From Candidatus Magasanikiibacteriota bacterium (GTDB taxonomy: Bacteria > Patescibacteriota > Patescibacteriia > Magasanikbacterales > UBA922), in assembly GCA_018651085.1 (NCBI GenBank), contig JABIEQ010000014.1:161807-225806 (forward strand): a DNA stretch of 64,000 nt, read 5' to 3'. The notes beneath the pieces are model-generated. The model did no database searches and was not told the origin of the DNA. It saw only the letters and a list, made by a program, of their open reading frames with translations. Positions 1-10,143 of the stretch are shown here, one piece after another. The translations under genes and the position numbers were made by a program. Positions within the stretch are counted from its first letter, which is position 1; every line of letters begins with the position of its first letter.

Positions 1-2
1 TA

Positions 3-1271
3 ATCACACTGTTTTTTATTATATCCCCTATTATCATCCTCTACACAGCAGGATATACCTATGATACAAAAAACCATCAAATAAAGACGAGAGGAACACT
101 CAGTATAACTGTCGTTCCCAAAAAAGCAAGCATTACCCTAAATGGTATCCCCCTTCCAGAAAAAACGCCACTTCGACTAAAACACAGAAGCCCAGGATCA
201 TACCATATTATAATTAAAAAAGATGGATACAAACCATGGGAAACAAACAGTATTATAGAAAGTAATAAAACAACATATCTTCATAATATTCAATTATTCA
301 AAGATCAACCATTTACTTTAAAAATAGACGTTGAGAAAAACCAAATATATCCATCACACAATGGAAGTCATATTATAATTAAAAAAGATAAAGCGGAAAC
401 ACAAGAAGGACTTCTTTTTACACCCCAATCAATAAATCCTGTTACTCTTTTTAGAGTAACAACTAAAAACACACCAATAATAATGTGGTCTCCATTTAAT
501 ACACATACAGCACTTATACACGAAACAAAAAATGGGACAGATGTTCAAATTATTGATCCTAAAAATATTGATAAAAAAAGAACATGGCACACAACAACAA
601 CACCACAAATTCAATGGGCAAAACAATCAGGAAATCCGACTATCTTTATAAAAGAAAAATCACAAATTACAAAATTTTCTGACAATTCGACAATCATACA
701 TACAGAAATTGCCTCTGACATTTGGTATGTTGACGAAAAAGAGCACGTATGGGAATACGACAACCAAAAGAAAACACTTATTAAAACAGATACTGACTCT
801 AACCAAGATGAACAGTATATCTTAAATGAAATCATCACAAATATAATTGATGTATTTGATACACATGTGATTGTACAAACAGCAAATGCAACAAAAAGTA
901 TTCCAAGAAAAAAAGAAAACACAATCCAAACCATAAGTGCAAAAAATACGACCTATAACCCTATTGATGACACCTGGATTATTTGGTCAGAACATGAAAT
1001 ATGGAAAATAAAAAATACGGGAGAGGTTGTATTACTTAATAGAACTGGTGAAAAAATAAAAGAAGTAACTATTATTGATAAATACGAAGGGCTTGTAGTA
1101 CTTACAGACAAAGGCTTATTTGCGTTTGATCCAAGACACAATGTAAAAATAGCACTAACACAAACACCTTTTACAGATATACAAAAAGTGCGTGTAGACA
1201 ACAAAAAAAGAAGAATAATCTTCTTTGGTAAAACAACTGAAAAACAAGGAATATTTGAATTACAATTTTAA
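3..1271 (+). CDS. PEGA-domain membrane protein. 5' partial: the ORF is open to the window start in the same frame as the Met at 483.
   Basis: The frame is continuous from position 3 to the stop at 1271. There is an N-terminal hydrophobic helix (ITLFFIISPIIILYTAGY), followed by a PEGA-like motif (TLSITVVPKKASITLNGIPL...GSYHIIIKKDGYKPWE). Confidence 0.55.
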   Translation: MTLFFIISPIIILYTAGYTYDTKNHQIKTRGTLSITVVPKKASITLNGIPLPEKTPLRLKHRSPGSYHIIIKKDGYKPWETNSIIESNKTTYLHNIQLFKDQPFTLKIDVEKNQIYPSHNGSHIIIKKDKAETQEGLLFTPQSINPVTLFRVTTKNTPIIMWSPFNTHTALIHETKNGTDVQIIDPKNIDKKRTWHTTTTPQIQWAKQSGNPTIFIKEKSQITKFSDNSTIIHTEIASDIWYVDEKEHVWEYDNQKKTLIKTDTDSNQDEQYILNEIITNIIDVFDTHVIVQTANATKSIPRKKENTIQTISAKNTTYNPIDDTWIIWSEHEIWKIKNTGEVVLLNRTGEKIKEVTIIDKYEGLVVLTDKGLFAFDPRHNVKIALTQTPFTDIQKVRVDNKKRRIIFFGKTTEKQGIFELQF

Positions 1272-2368
1272 ACTTCAATAACGGTCTTGTCTCCAATAAT
1301 CATTTGCCTCGCTTGAGCATGAACAGCAGGACGTTGTACCAATCGAACAGCTTTTCCAATAATACTATTTTCAATAGCAATATCCCAATCAATAAATGCA
1401 TTTTCAAGAATAATAGCATCTTGAATACTTGCTCTTCTAATTTCCGTACCACGACCAACAGTTACATTTGGTCCAATCACACAATTTTCAAGTACACAAT
1501 TTTCACCAATAATCACCGGTCCTTTAATTGTAGCATTAGGTCCAATACGTGATCCAATACCAATGTGAACATTTCCTTCTAGGGTCACAGTATCGTCAAC
1601 AATTGAGCCATGATTTGGAAACTCATGGGTTTCCATATTTTCAAGCAAGAGCTTATTCGCAAGAAGAAGATCTTTTGGTTTCCCTGTATCTTTCCACCAA
1701 CCAGTAATTTCTTTATACCCAACCCGATAACCATTCTTAAGAAGGTATGAATAAATACTTGGAATTTCATATTCTCCTCTAGCACTTTTTTCAATGTTAT
1801 CAAAAGCCTGAAAGAAAAACTTTGGTCCAAACAAATAAATACCTGTAACAGCAAAATTATTTGGTGGATTTTGTGGTTTTTCAACCATATCAACAAGATT
1901 TCCATCATCCCCAAAAATAGGAACACCAAACCGTCGAGAATCTTCAACCTCAGATAATGCAACCATAGCATGATGATCTCCTTCTTCAAAAGAAGTGACA
2001 AATTCTTTCAGACCACCTAAAAGCACATTATCTGACAAATAATATAAAAATGGATCATTACCAATAAATCGTTCAGCTTCTTTCACAACATGAGCAATAC
2101 CTTGTGGTCCACCAGTTTGTTCAAAGTATTCAATATTAATACCCCAGTGTCCCCCATCTCCAATATATGTTTGAAGATCAGTTTCTCCTGGATTTACATT
2201 AATAAATATATCAGTAATACCCGCTTCAACAGCCTTTTCAATAGCATGAAAAATCATCGGCTTGTTTGCAAGCGGAAGAAGGTGTTTATTAATAGTAATG
2301 GTAACTGGGTGTAACCGAGTACCACGTCCCCCACCGGTTAAAATTGCTTTACGTATCTTCATAACCAA
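1268..2368 (-). CDS. Sugar-phosphate nucleotidyltransferase, long form (glucose-1-phosphate thymidylyltransferase-like) with a C-terminal left-handed beta-helix.
   Basis: N-terminal motif AILTGGGRGTRLHP and further NTP-transferase motifs. C-terminal hexapeptide repeats (GPNVTVGRGTEI...). Confidence 0.75.
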   Translation of the reverse strand: MVMKIRKAILTGGGRGTRLHPVTITINKHLLPLANKPMIFHAIEKAVEAGITDIFINVNPGETDLQTYIGDGGHWGINIEYFEQTGGPQGIAHVVKEAERFIGNDPFLYYLSDNVLLGGLKEFVTSFEEGDHHAMVALSEVEDSRRFGVPIFGDDGNLVDMVEKPQNPPNNFAVTGIYLFGPKFFFQAFDNIEKSARGEYEIPSIYSYLLKNGYRVGYKEITGWWKDTGKPKDLLLANKLLLENMETHEFPNHGSIVDDTVTLEGNVHIGIGSRIGPNATIKGPVIIGENCVLENCVIGPNVTVGRGTEIRRASIQDAIILENAFIDWDIAIENSIIGKAVRLVQRPAVHAQARQMIIGDKTVIEV

Positions 2369-2389
2369 TGTCTAATACAAAATCGCATT

Positions 2390-3502
2390 CTACCACCAAA
2401 TTAATCCTCGCACAACCACACGATAATACAAACGCATAACGGGGTTCCCAACATAAATAAGTAATGGATTCTTCATTGAAGGATCCTGAAAAAGAATATC
2501 AGCCTTAGCAGCCTTCATAAGCATCCGATCAGTCACCTTATTTTTCTTACGAATGGCTTGAATAAAAGAGCGCTTTTTAAGCCATAGTTTCCAACTTGAA
2601 GGTTTAAGCCAATACGCATAAATATCAAGGCGTTTTTTAAACCAACCACCTTTTAATGCAAAAATAGCAAGTCCTACTTCAAGTGCTAATTCCATTGGAA
2701 TAAGTAAAAGAAGTGTCCGCCACTTAAAAAACATCAACATCACGCCATAGCGATTCCTTTCCATGTAATAAAATTTGGTAATGCTACGGCTAAATTGATA
2801 TTTGTGATAAAACACAGAATCACGGACAAGCACAGTCCGGTACCCAGCACAACGAAGTCGAAAAGAATATTCAAAATCTTCATGATATAAGAAAAAATCT
2901 TCGTCCCAAAGACCATATTCTTGCAAAAGACTCGTTCGCATCATAAGAGCAGCACCACTGGCATATGAAATATCTTTTACAGGAGGAAAATCAAGATCTT
3001 TCATTTTTGTACGATATTCATCACAATAACCAAATCCCATAAAATGAAACGAGTTCCCTGTACTGTTTACAAGATCAGTCTCAGGGTGAAGAAGCATAAG
3101 TGATTGAGAAACACCAATGGTTTTATCTTCCTCCATGACCTTTGCAAGCGGTTCAAGTGCATTTGCAGCTACAAAACCATCATTATTATGAAAATAGACA
3201 TAATCAAAACCTTGGTCAATTGCCCATTTAATCCCTTCATTATTTCCACCAGAAAAACCAAGATTTTCTTTTTGAGCCAAAAGAGTTACATGAGGAATAA
3301 TCCCTTGCTCACTAAGAGGTAATACATGATCTTCAATATATCGAACAGAGGGACCATGCGTTGGATGAGGGTTATCTACAATAATAAACTCTACCTTATC
3401 TCTTGGATACGTCAATTTTTTAAGAGCAGAAACAACATCATCCATGTATGGTTCACAGTGAAAAGATAGATAGACAATAGCTATACGTGGATAATGCTCC
3501 AT
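2390..3502 (-). CDS. Glycosyltransferase family 2.
   Basis: IAIVYLSFHCEPYMDDVVSAL...VEFIIVDN, plus DxD-type GT2 signatures. Confidence 0.7.
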   Translation of the reverse strand: MEHYPRIAIVYLSFHCEPYMDDVVSALKKLTYPRDKVEFIIVDNPHPTHGPSVRYIEDHVLPLSEQGIIPHVTLLAQKENLGFSGGNNEGIKWAIDQGFDYVYFHNNDGFVAANALEPLAKVMEEDKTIGVSQSLMLLHPETDLVNSTGNSFHFMGFGYCDEYRTKMKDLDFPPVKDISYASGAALMMRTSLLQEYGLWDEDFFLYHEDFEYSFRLRCAGYRTVLVRDSVFYHKYQFSRSITKFYYMERNRYGVMLMFFKWRTLLLLIPMELALEVGLAIFALKGGWFKKRLDIYAYWLKPSSWKLWLKKRSFIQAIRKKNKVTDRMLMKAAKADILFQDPSMKNPLLIYVGNPVMRLYYRVVVRGLIWW

Positions 3503-3507
3503 ACAAT

Positions 3508-4350
3508 TTATATTTTATATCGGACAAATTTGTGCTTCCCTCGCCACTTCCAAATATATTTACACCAACTCGCAAGATGTAGTCTTGCTGTTTTATTCTT
3601 AAGCAACGCACGAAATATACCAGGAACCTTAGAAGAAGCTCGAGCATGGACATGCTCAATAACAATATCATGAACATAGTAAACTGGCCAGCCGGCATCC
3701 CACATCATATGACACCAATCACAATCTTCAAGATACAAAAAATATCGTTCATCAAAAAAACCAAGATCATCAACTACTTCTTGTCGTACAATCATAGCAG
3801 CACCAAGCACCCAATCTACAGGGCGAGTATCCATATGATCGAAATCTTTCATCTCTAATCGATCAGCATATTTCTTCGCAATGGCATACTTTTTTTCAAA
3901 ATTGAGATGCTTCAATGGTTTAACTAACATTGAAGAAAGATCAAACCGATAACACGAATATTGGAGTGTCCCATCAGTATTGAGCAACTTAGGACCAATA
4001 CAACCAATATGTGTATGCTCATCCATAAAACGGATAAGTCTTTCAATGGTTTTACTATCTGATGGAATAATTGTATCACGGTTAAGTGCAAAATAATATC
4101 GTGAAGGTGTATGAGTAAAACCTATGGTATTAGCCTTCCCAAAACCAACATTACCACCACAATCAATATAATGGACACCAGGAAATGCTGTAAGCGCTTC
4201 TTTTATATTATCAACATTTTCTGAATTATCACACACAGTTATTTGTATATTAAACGAACAATCCGAAATATCTTCATAAATAGAAGCAATCGCACGAAGG
4301 ATATCATCCTTCATAAATAAATTTACAAATACGATAGTGATGTCTTTCAT
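3508..4350 (-). CDS. Glycosyltransferase family 2.
   Basis: ITIVFVNLFMKDDILRAIASI...VCDNSEN. The likely start is the internal Met (MKDITIV), which avoids overlap with the upstream GT2. Confidence 0.65.
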   Translation of the reverse strand: MKDITIVFVNLFMKDDILRAIASIYEDISDCSFNIQITVCDNSENVDNIKEALTAFPGVHYIDCGGNVGFGKANTIGFTHTPSRYYFALNRDTIIPSDSKTIERLIRFMDEHTHIGCIGPKLLNTDGTLQYSCYRFDLSSMLVKPLKHLNFEKKYAIAKKYADRLEMKDFDHMDTRPVDWVLGAAMIVRQEVVDDLGFFDERYFLYLEDCDWCHMMWDAGWPVYYVHDIVIEHVHARASSKVPGIFRALLKNKTARLHLASWCKYIWKWRGKHKFVRYKI

Positions 4351-4361
4351 ATGTATTTTTA

Positions 4362-5426
4362 TCATTTCCACCAACGACGAATATCTCGCCAAGAACGTGT
4401 CCGTGTTTTTATAATAGCCTTACGTTTCTCCTTAATATCCTTTCTCCCTGAAAAAAGCTCAAAAAAACCTCGGAGAACAGCTCTATCAAACAAAATAAAC
4501 CATATACACTTTTTTATTTCATACCATATAATAAAAGGAAAATCAAGAAGTATATTCTGCCAATACATGTTTTTCCATAACGTACGAAGGTGATTTTTAT
4601 AACTATGATATTTAACCCACGATGATTGTTCTCGTTTATTTTTTGCAGCTCCTCTATCATCAAGCCCTTTTGGACCAGCACCAGACCGATCGTGATGAGA
4701 CACCACATCAAGAAGTACATATGAATGATACCCAGCAGAAAACAGACGATATGCTAAATCGACATCCTCCTTATATGAATGGTACGTTTCATCAAGAAAT
4801 TGATCAGGAGTAAACTGTACTGACTCAATAGCAGATCTACGAAACATAGGAAGAGCACCAGATACACCAAATACAGGCAACACTCTATCAGAAAAAGAAG
4901 AAGAAAGTTCATTCCAATGATATTTGGTATATTGTTCAATCACACGACGACTACGAAATATTTTAAGCCCCAAAGCATCAACAACATTAGTGAGACTTTT
5001 TTCTATTCCATTTGTTTCTACAACAGGAAAATCCCAACGCATTAGCCGAGGAGATACAGCTGCAGCTTTTTGATTTTTATCAAGAAAAGAGACAAGACGT
5101 TCAAAACACAACGGATCAAGATACATATCTTGATTTAAAAGAAGAAAATATTCAGATGATCCAGCATGAAAAAATAAACGATTATGCCCACCAGCAAAGC
5201 CAATATTATCCTTATGAAACGTAGCATGATGTGGTACGGGAAAATCAGCCAAAAGACCTCGAAGAACAAGCGGTGTTTCATCTTGTGAATCATTGTCCCA
5301 CACAAACAATTCCCAGTCTTTATATGTCTGTGCACGAAGAGAATCAAAAAGATATGGAAGATAACGAACTCCATTCCAAGTAACAAGGTGGACTGATAAT
5401 TTTATAGATGATGTTTCAATTGACAT
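4362..5426 (-). CDS. Glycosyltransferase family 2.
   Basis: LSVHLVTWNGVRYLPYLFDSLRAQTYKDWELFVWDNDSQDET. Confidence 0.7.
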   Translation of the reverse strand: MSIETSSIKLSVHLVTWNGVRYLPYLFDSLRAQTYKDWELFVWDNDSQDETPLVLRGLLADFPVPHHATFHKDNIGFAGGHNRLFFHAGSSEYFLLLNQDMYLDPLCFERLVSFLDKNQKAAAVSPRLMRWDFPVVETNGIEKSLTNVVDALGLKIFRSRRVIEQYTKYHWNELSSSFSDRVLPVFGVSGALPMFRRSAIESVQFTPDQFLDETYHSYKEDVDLAYRLFSAGYHSYVLLDVVSHHDRSGAGPKGLDDRGAAKNKREQSSWVKYHSYKNHLRTLWKNMYWQNILLDFPFIIWYEIKKCIWFILFDRAVLRGFFELFSGRKDIKEKRKAIIKTRTRSWRDIRRWWK

Positions 5427-5429
5427 AGA

Positions 5430-6278
5430 TTATGTAACTTTAGTTCTAAGCCATACAAGAAAAATTCCAATCGGTCGACAAACCGCAATCCACATCCATT
5501 TCCACCACGGTTCCCATTTTTGAAAATACTGGAGCATACTTAAACTAAATGCTTTTTGTTTCCATAAACTCGTATGCTGTTTAAAACTCTGCCCTACATA
5601 ATCGACACAAGTAATAATAGGAGTATACACCACACGATATTTCAAACGCTTCACCTCACGACAAATATCGACATCTTCATACCAAATAAAATACCGAGGA
5701 TCAAATGGCCAACCAAGAGCATCAATAACATCTCGACGGACAAGCATAAAAGCACCTCGTACAGAATCAACATCCTGTTCTTGTGTTGGATCAAAATCTT
5801 TCATGTGATACTTATTGAGTAGAGACGGAAATAAGTGATGCACCTTTAAAAGAAGACACACTTGTTCCCATACACGAGGAAATCGTCTTGGTGTAGCATC
5901 CCAATTAAGCATACCATGCTCGTCAACCAACATAGGGCTTACAATACCAACATCTGTATGAGTATCCATCCAAGAGACTATTTTATCAATACTCAAAGGA
6001 GAAACACGCATATCTGGATTTAAAAAAAGCAAATACTTTCCAGATGAACGCTGATACCCTTGTATATTGGCAGCAGAAAAACCTTGATTTTTTGCATTTG
6101 CAATAAGCAAAATATTTGGAAAATGTTGAGTGACTAATGAGACAGTATCATCAGTTGATCCATTATCAATAATAATTTGTTCATACGTCACATGCTCACA
6201 CCCAGCAAAAACAGAAGCAACCTGTTCTTTAACAAGAGCAGCTGAATTCCATGTAACAGTGATAACAGATACATCCAT
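5430..6278 (-). CDS. Glycosyltransferase family 2.
   Basis: VSVITVTWNSAALVKEQVASV...IIIDNGSTDDTV. Confidence 0.7.
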   Translation of the reverse strand: MDVSVITVTWNSAALVKEQVASVFAGCEHVTYEQIIIDNGSTDDTVSLVTQHFPNILLIANAKNQGFSAANIQGYQRSSGKYLLFLNPDMRVSPLSIDKIVSWMDTHTDVGIVSPMLVDEHGMLNWDATPRRFPRVWEQVCLLLKVHHLFPSLLNKYHMKDFDPTQEQDVDSVRGAFMLVRRDVIDALGWPFDPRYFIWYEDVDICREVKRLKYRVVYTPIITCVDYVGQSFKQHTSLWKQKAFSLSMLQYFQKWEPWWKWMWIAVCRPIGIFLVWLRTKVT

Positions 6279-6280
6279 AA

Positions 6281-6691
6281 TTATATTTGTGTTTTTGAAA
6301 GTTCAGCATCAAGGGTGAGATTATTTCCCTTCCCTGACCGACCATAATCGTCAGAAAGTTTAACAACATCATCAAGATGGTTCGTAGACACTTCAAGGAT
6401 TTCCACATCATCAACTCCTTCAGCTCTATGAATAGTTCCAGGATAAATATCTAATTTTTCTCCAGGACCCAAAATAACTTCCTTTAAATTATTTTCATCT
6501 TCCCCAAGATAAAACTTCACCTGCCCTTTCAATACGTATTGTGTTTCTTTTTTATGTTCATGATATTGCAAAGAGTATCTATGCCCTTTTTTAATATACA
6601 AAATTTTTCCAACATATTCATCTTGAAGAGCAAACCACAATTCTTTTCCCCAAGGTTTCATAATAACACGCATTTCTTTTTGTTCATCCAT
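6281..6691 (-). CDS. Cupin-domain protein (mannose-6-phosphate isomerase type II C-terminal-like).
   Basis: KPWGKELWFALQDEYVGKILYIKKGHRYSLQYHEHKKETQYVLKG is a cupin_2-like signature. Confidence 0.5.
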   Translation of the reverse strand: MDEQKEMRVIMKPWGKELWFALQDEYVGKILYIKKGHRYSLQYHEHKKETQYVLKGQVKFYLGEDENNLKEVILGPGEKLDIYPGTIHRAEGVDDVEILEVSTNHLDDVVKLSDDYGRSGKGNNLTLDAELSKTQI

Positions 6692-6700
6692 AAAAAATAA

Positions 6701-7810
6701 TTATGTAATTGGCGATGAAATAACTCCCCCACCAAGGCACACACCATCTTTATATAATACACCAAATTGACCAGGAACGATTGCTCGTTGAACATCTTTT
6801 GTGTGTACTTGAATCAAATCATCACTATATCGTGTTACCACAACATCTTGAAGTGGTTGCCTATGCCTAAACCGTGCCTTACATGCTACAGGATAATGAA
6901 GATCAACACCACTAATCAAATGAAAGAAAGACAAATATACATCATGTGTGAAAAGCTTTTCACAATCATCATATCCAACGACCAACTCATGCGTATGCGC
7001 TCTCTTTTCTACAACATATAAAGAGCGAGAATCTCCACCTTTATTAATAGAAGAAACATTTCCAAAATGACTTTGACCAATAGTATATAAAGATAAACCA
7101 TCATGCCTACCTATGACTTCATCCGTACCATAAAAAACAATATTACCTGGTGTAAGTGAAATATGTTTTTTTAAAAAATCTTTCATAGAAACATTCCCTA
7201 CAAAACAAATTCCCATACTTTCTTTCTTTTTTGCTGTAGGAAGATTAAAAGAAACAGCAAGTTCGCGCACTCTTTGTTTTGTATACGTTCCTACAGGAAA
7301 AAGTACTCGAGATAATTTTTCTTGATTTAATTGATGTAAAAAATATGTTTGGTCTTTATTATCATCAATACCTTGCAATAGAAAATACTCTTCTCCTTGC
7401 TTTTTCACTTGAGCATAATGCCCAGTTGCAAGCATATCAAATCCAAGCTCCCGAGCTTTATCTAACCAAACACCAAATTTAATATACGTATTACACAACA
7501 CATCTGGGTTTGGCGTATTTCCTGAAGAGTACGAGTCAAAAAGATAAGACAATACATGCTCACGATATTCTTTTGTAAAATCAAATTTCACAATAGGTAT
7601 ACCAAGAGAAGCTGCCACACGAACAGCATCACGATATTCTTCTATCCAACAAGATTCTTGAACAGCAGGATCATCATACATAACCATATACGCAGCAGTT
7701 ACATCATATCCTTCTTTTACAAGAAGAGCCGCAGAGACTGAAGAATCTACTCCACCAGAAAGAGCTATAAGAACCTTCTTTTTTTCTATAGATGTATCAA
7801 AAAACTTCAT
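6701..7810 (-). CDS. mnmA: tRNA-specific 2-thiouridylase MnmA.
   Basis: PP-loop motif ALSGGVDSSVSAALL, plus the conserved central and C-terminal MnmA regions. Confidence 0.85.
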   Translation of the reverse strand: MKFFDTSIEKKKVLIALSGGVDSSVSAALLVKEGYDVTAAYMVMYDDPAVQESCWIEEYRDAVRVAASLGIPIVKFDFTKEYREHVLSYLFDSYSSGNTPNPDVLCNTYIKFGVWLDKARELGFDMLATGHYAQVKKQGEEYFLLQGIDDNKDQTYFLHQLNQEKLSRVLFPVGTYTKQRVRELAVSFNLPTAKKKESMGICFVGNVSMKDFLKKHISLTPGNIVFYGTDEVIGRHDGLSLYTIGQSHFGNVSSINKGGDSRSLYVVEKRAHTHELVVGYDDCEKLFTHDVYLSFFHLISGVDLHYPVACKARFRHRQPLQDVVVTRYSDDLIQVHTKDVQRAIVPGQFGVLYKDGVCLGGGVISSPIT

Positions 7811-7884
7811 AGGATAAATAATAGCGCCCCCAAAAGAACGCTATAGAAACCTTACAATAAAAGGAGTTAAAAGACAAGAAATCA

Positions 7885-8304
7885 CTATTTTGCACGACTA
7901 AACGTCTTATCAAACTCAAAACCAGCCCAAAGACAAAGGAGTATAACCTCAACAAATCCAATATAAAGCTTCCAATCACCAAAAAGAAGTAATGCACCAT
8001 CAGCAAATGTTCCCCCTTGTGTTTGTGGTACTAAAAAGAATGGAACAGTAATCAATACATCAAGTAATACACCAATAACGATACTACTAAGCCCTAAAAC
8101 AAGACCTCGACTAATACGAGGCTCTCCTGCTTTGAAATACCATTTTGTAAGCCCAATAACAATAGGAATAAGAAGAATCCAAAATACAACATGAAGCAAT
8201 ACATCTCGACCTCCCAAAAATGGAAGAGAAAGTAAAATAGAATACAATACAAATATACTAATCCAAAGCATTACTCCAAAAGCTAATGTGCGTGATAGTT
8301 TCAT
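7885..8304 (-). CDS. Hypothetical multi-pass membrane protein.
   Basis: Long ORF with four predicted hydrophobic helices and no recognisable motif. Confidence 0.4.
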   Translation of the reverse strand: MKLSRTLAFGVMLWISIFVLYSILLSLPFLGGRDVLLHVVFWILLIPIVIGLTKWYFKAGEPRISRGLVLGLSSIVIGVLLDVLITVPFFLVPQTQGGTFADGALLLFGDWKLYIGFVEVILLCLWAGFEFDKTFSRAK

Positions 8305-8329
8305 AGAAAAATAGATAAAAATAAGTATA

Positions 8330-10093
8330 TTATGAAGACGAAGGAGAAGGAGGAGACGATCCAGAGGCCCCCTTTCTCTTTCTCTTTCTCTTTCTTTTTC
8401 GTTTTCTTTTAGGTTTTGCTATCGATCCTTCTTCCCCTATAACAGGTGATTCAACCACAGAAGGCTGTTCTAAAGAAGATGATTCTTCTTTTTTTTGTAT
8501 CACAGATAAAGGGGTAGAAACGGACTGGACATTTTGTATACTGTCTGGTAATTCATTAGAGGCTTCAAGCTCTTGAAGTGATACGGACAATTCTTCAAGA
8601 GCAGCAAGACTTTCCTTACGAATAACATCTTGAACAACAACCTTTTGTTTAGGCACTTCCTTAGAATCAGATTCTTTTGAAACATTTCCTGACACCTCTT
8701 TTTTCTTTTGTTGAGGTTGAGACGGTTTATTTTGATCTTTAGATAATTTAGTTTCCCCTTCTTGATCTTCTTCTCCGACATCCATACCACTCCAACGCAT
8801 AACTTTCTTTTCAATAAGTTCACGTTCTTTTGCGTATCGTTCACGAGATACACGAACAACTTTTTCTGCACTTCCTGTTGGAGAACCAATGGGAGGCATG
8901 CTTGTTGCACTAAAAGGTAAGGATGCTACCCCATCAATCATTAATTTCAAAAAAATATGAAATTTCGACAAATTTACAATATCTTCTTCAATAAAAGTCG
9001 GCGTAAATTCTTTTACCAACAACTCAGCATCTATCCCACCAACTCGAAAAGTAACCATGGTTCCGACATTTCCAAATACTGCATCAGCCACAACCTCATC
9101 AAGTTGTTTTACGTATTGGTGTGCCAAAATAAGACTTAATCGATATTTTCTCGCTTCTGACAAAATATTAGCAAAACTTGGTGTAGCAAAGTTTTGGAAC
9201 TCATCAACGTATAAAAAAAAGTCCTTTCGTTCTTCTTCTGGCGTATCAACCCGACTCATTGCGGCAAGTTGAATTTTTGTAATAAGCATTCCTCCAAGCA
9301 ATCGACTATTATCTTCACCAATACGTCCTTTTGAAAGATTCATTAATATAATCTTCTGATCATCCATCAATTGACGAATATCAATGGTTGATTTAACTTG
9401 CGCAACCATATTACGAATCACACTCGCAGATAAAAATTGACCAATTTTATTTTGAATCGGCGCAACAGCTTCAGTAGCATATCGTTCAGAATACCCAGCA
9501 AATTCAACCTGCCAAAACGATCGTACAACGGGATCTTTTGTCTGTTTTAAAACTTTTTTTCGATATTTCTTATCAGAAAGCATTCTGTTAATTCCAAGAA
9601 GCGTAGACCCAGGATAATCAAGTAATGCTAAAAGTGTATTATTTAAAATATATTCCATCCGAGAACTCCAGACATCAGGCCAAATCTTTTGAAACACAGC
9701 CATAAGCCCTGATGCAATAAGATGTTTTTCTTCTTCTGACTTTACTTCCAAAATATTAAATCCAATCGGAAATTCAACATCAGATGGATTTATATATACT
9801 ACATCATTAATCCTATGAGATGGGATATAATTAATGACTTTTTCCGCAAAATCTCCATGTGGATCAACCAGACCAAGACCATGTCCATGATAAATGTCAT
9901 GAAGAACCATGTTTTCCATCATGGTTGTTTTTCCCATTCCAGTTTTCCCAATGATGTACATGTGACGACGACGGTCGTCAGTTTTTATACCAAAACGCTG
10001 TGGTTTATTACGAAAATTTGTTTGCGCAAATAAACATATCTCGCCATGAGTATGTTTAGGAGCATTAATTGGTTGAAGATGATGAGTTGGCAT
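8330..10093 (-). CDS. P-loop ATPase of the TraD/VirD4/TraG type IV coupling-protein-like family (T4SS DNA-binding domain-like), with a low-complexity Lys/Arg-rich C-terminal tail.
   Basis: Walker A IIGKTGMGKTT. Walker B-like FLYVDEFQNF. The LILAHQYVKQLDE motif is typical of TraD/VirD4-like ATPases. There is no N-terminal TM segment. The C-terminal tail is ...KPKRKRKRKRKRKRKGASGSSPPSPSSS. Confidence 0.5.
   Translation of the reverse strand: MPTHHLQPINAPKHTHGEICLFAQTNFRNKPQRFGIKTDDRRRHMYIIGKTGMGKTTMMENMVLHDIYHGHGLGLVDPHGDFAEKVINYIPSHRINDVVYINPSDVEFPIGFNILEVKSEEEKHLIASGLMAVFQKIWPDVWSSRMEYILNNTLLALLDYPGSTLLGINRMLSDKKYRKKVLKQTKDPVVRSFWQVEFAGYSERYATEAVAPIQNKIGQFLSASVIRNMVAQVKSTIDIRQLMDDQKIILMNLSKGRIGEDNSRLLGGMLITKIQLAAMSRVDTPEEERKDFFLYVDEFQNFATPSFANILSEARKYRLSLILAHQYVKQLDEVVADAVFGNVGTMVTFRVGGIDAELLVKEFTPTFIEEDIVNLSKFHIFLKLMIDGVASLPFSATSMPPIGSPTGSAEKVVRVSRERYAKERELIEKKVMRWSGMDVGEEDQEGETKLSKDQNKPSQPQQKKKEVSGNVSKESDSKEVPKQKVVVQDVIRKESLAALEELSVSLQELEASNELPDSIQNVQSVSTPLSVIQKKEESSSLEQPSVVESPVIGEEGSIAKPKRKRKRKRKRKRKGASGSSPPSPSSS
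8375..8412. repeat. Simple-sequence repeat (CTTT/CTCTTT)n inside the coding sequence; it encodes the poly-Lys/Arg tail.
   Basis: The string ctttctctttctctttctctttctttttcgttttctttt was read directly. Confidence 0.6.
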
Positions 10094-10143
10094 ACAAAAA
10101 GTATCTACAGTATACCATTAAAGAGTATAAAAAGACATCTCTA

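Noticed and set aside
429-1204. Several short minus-strand ORFs (429-626, 611-934, 953-1204) overlapping the PEGA gene, and many similar 60-140-aa ORFs across the track.
   Set aside because: They lie inside and antisense or out of frame to well-supported longer genes, and they have Cys/Phe-rich low-complexity translations typical of AT-rich noise.
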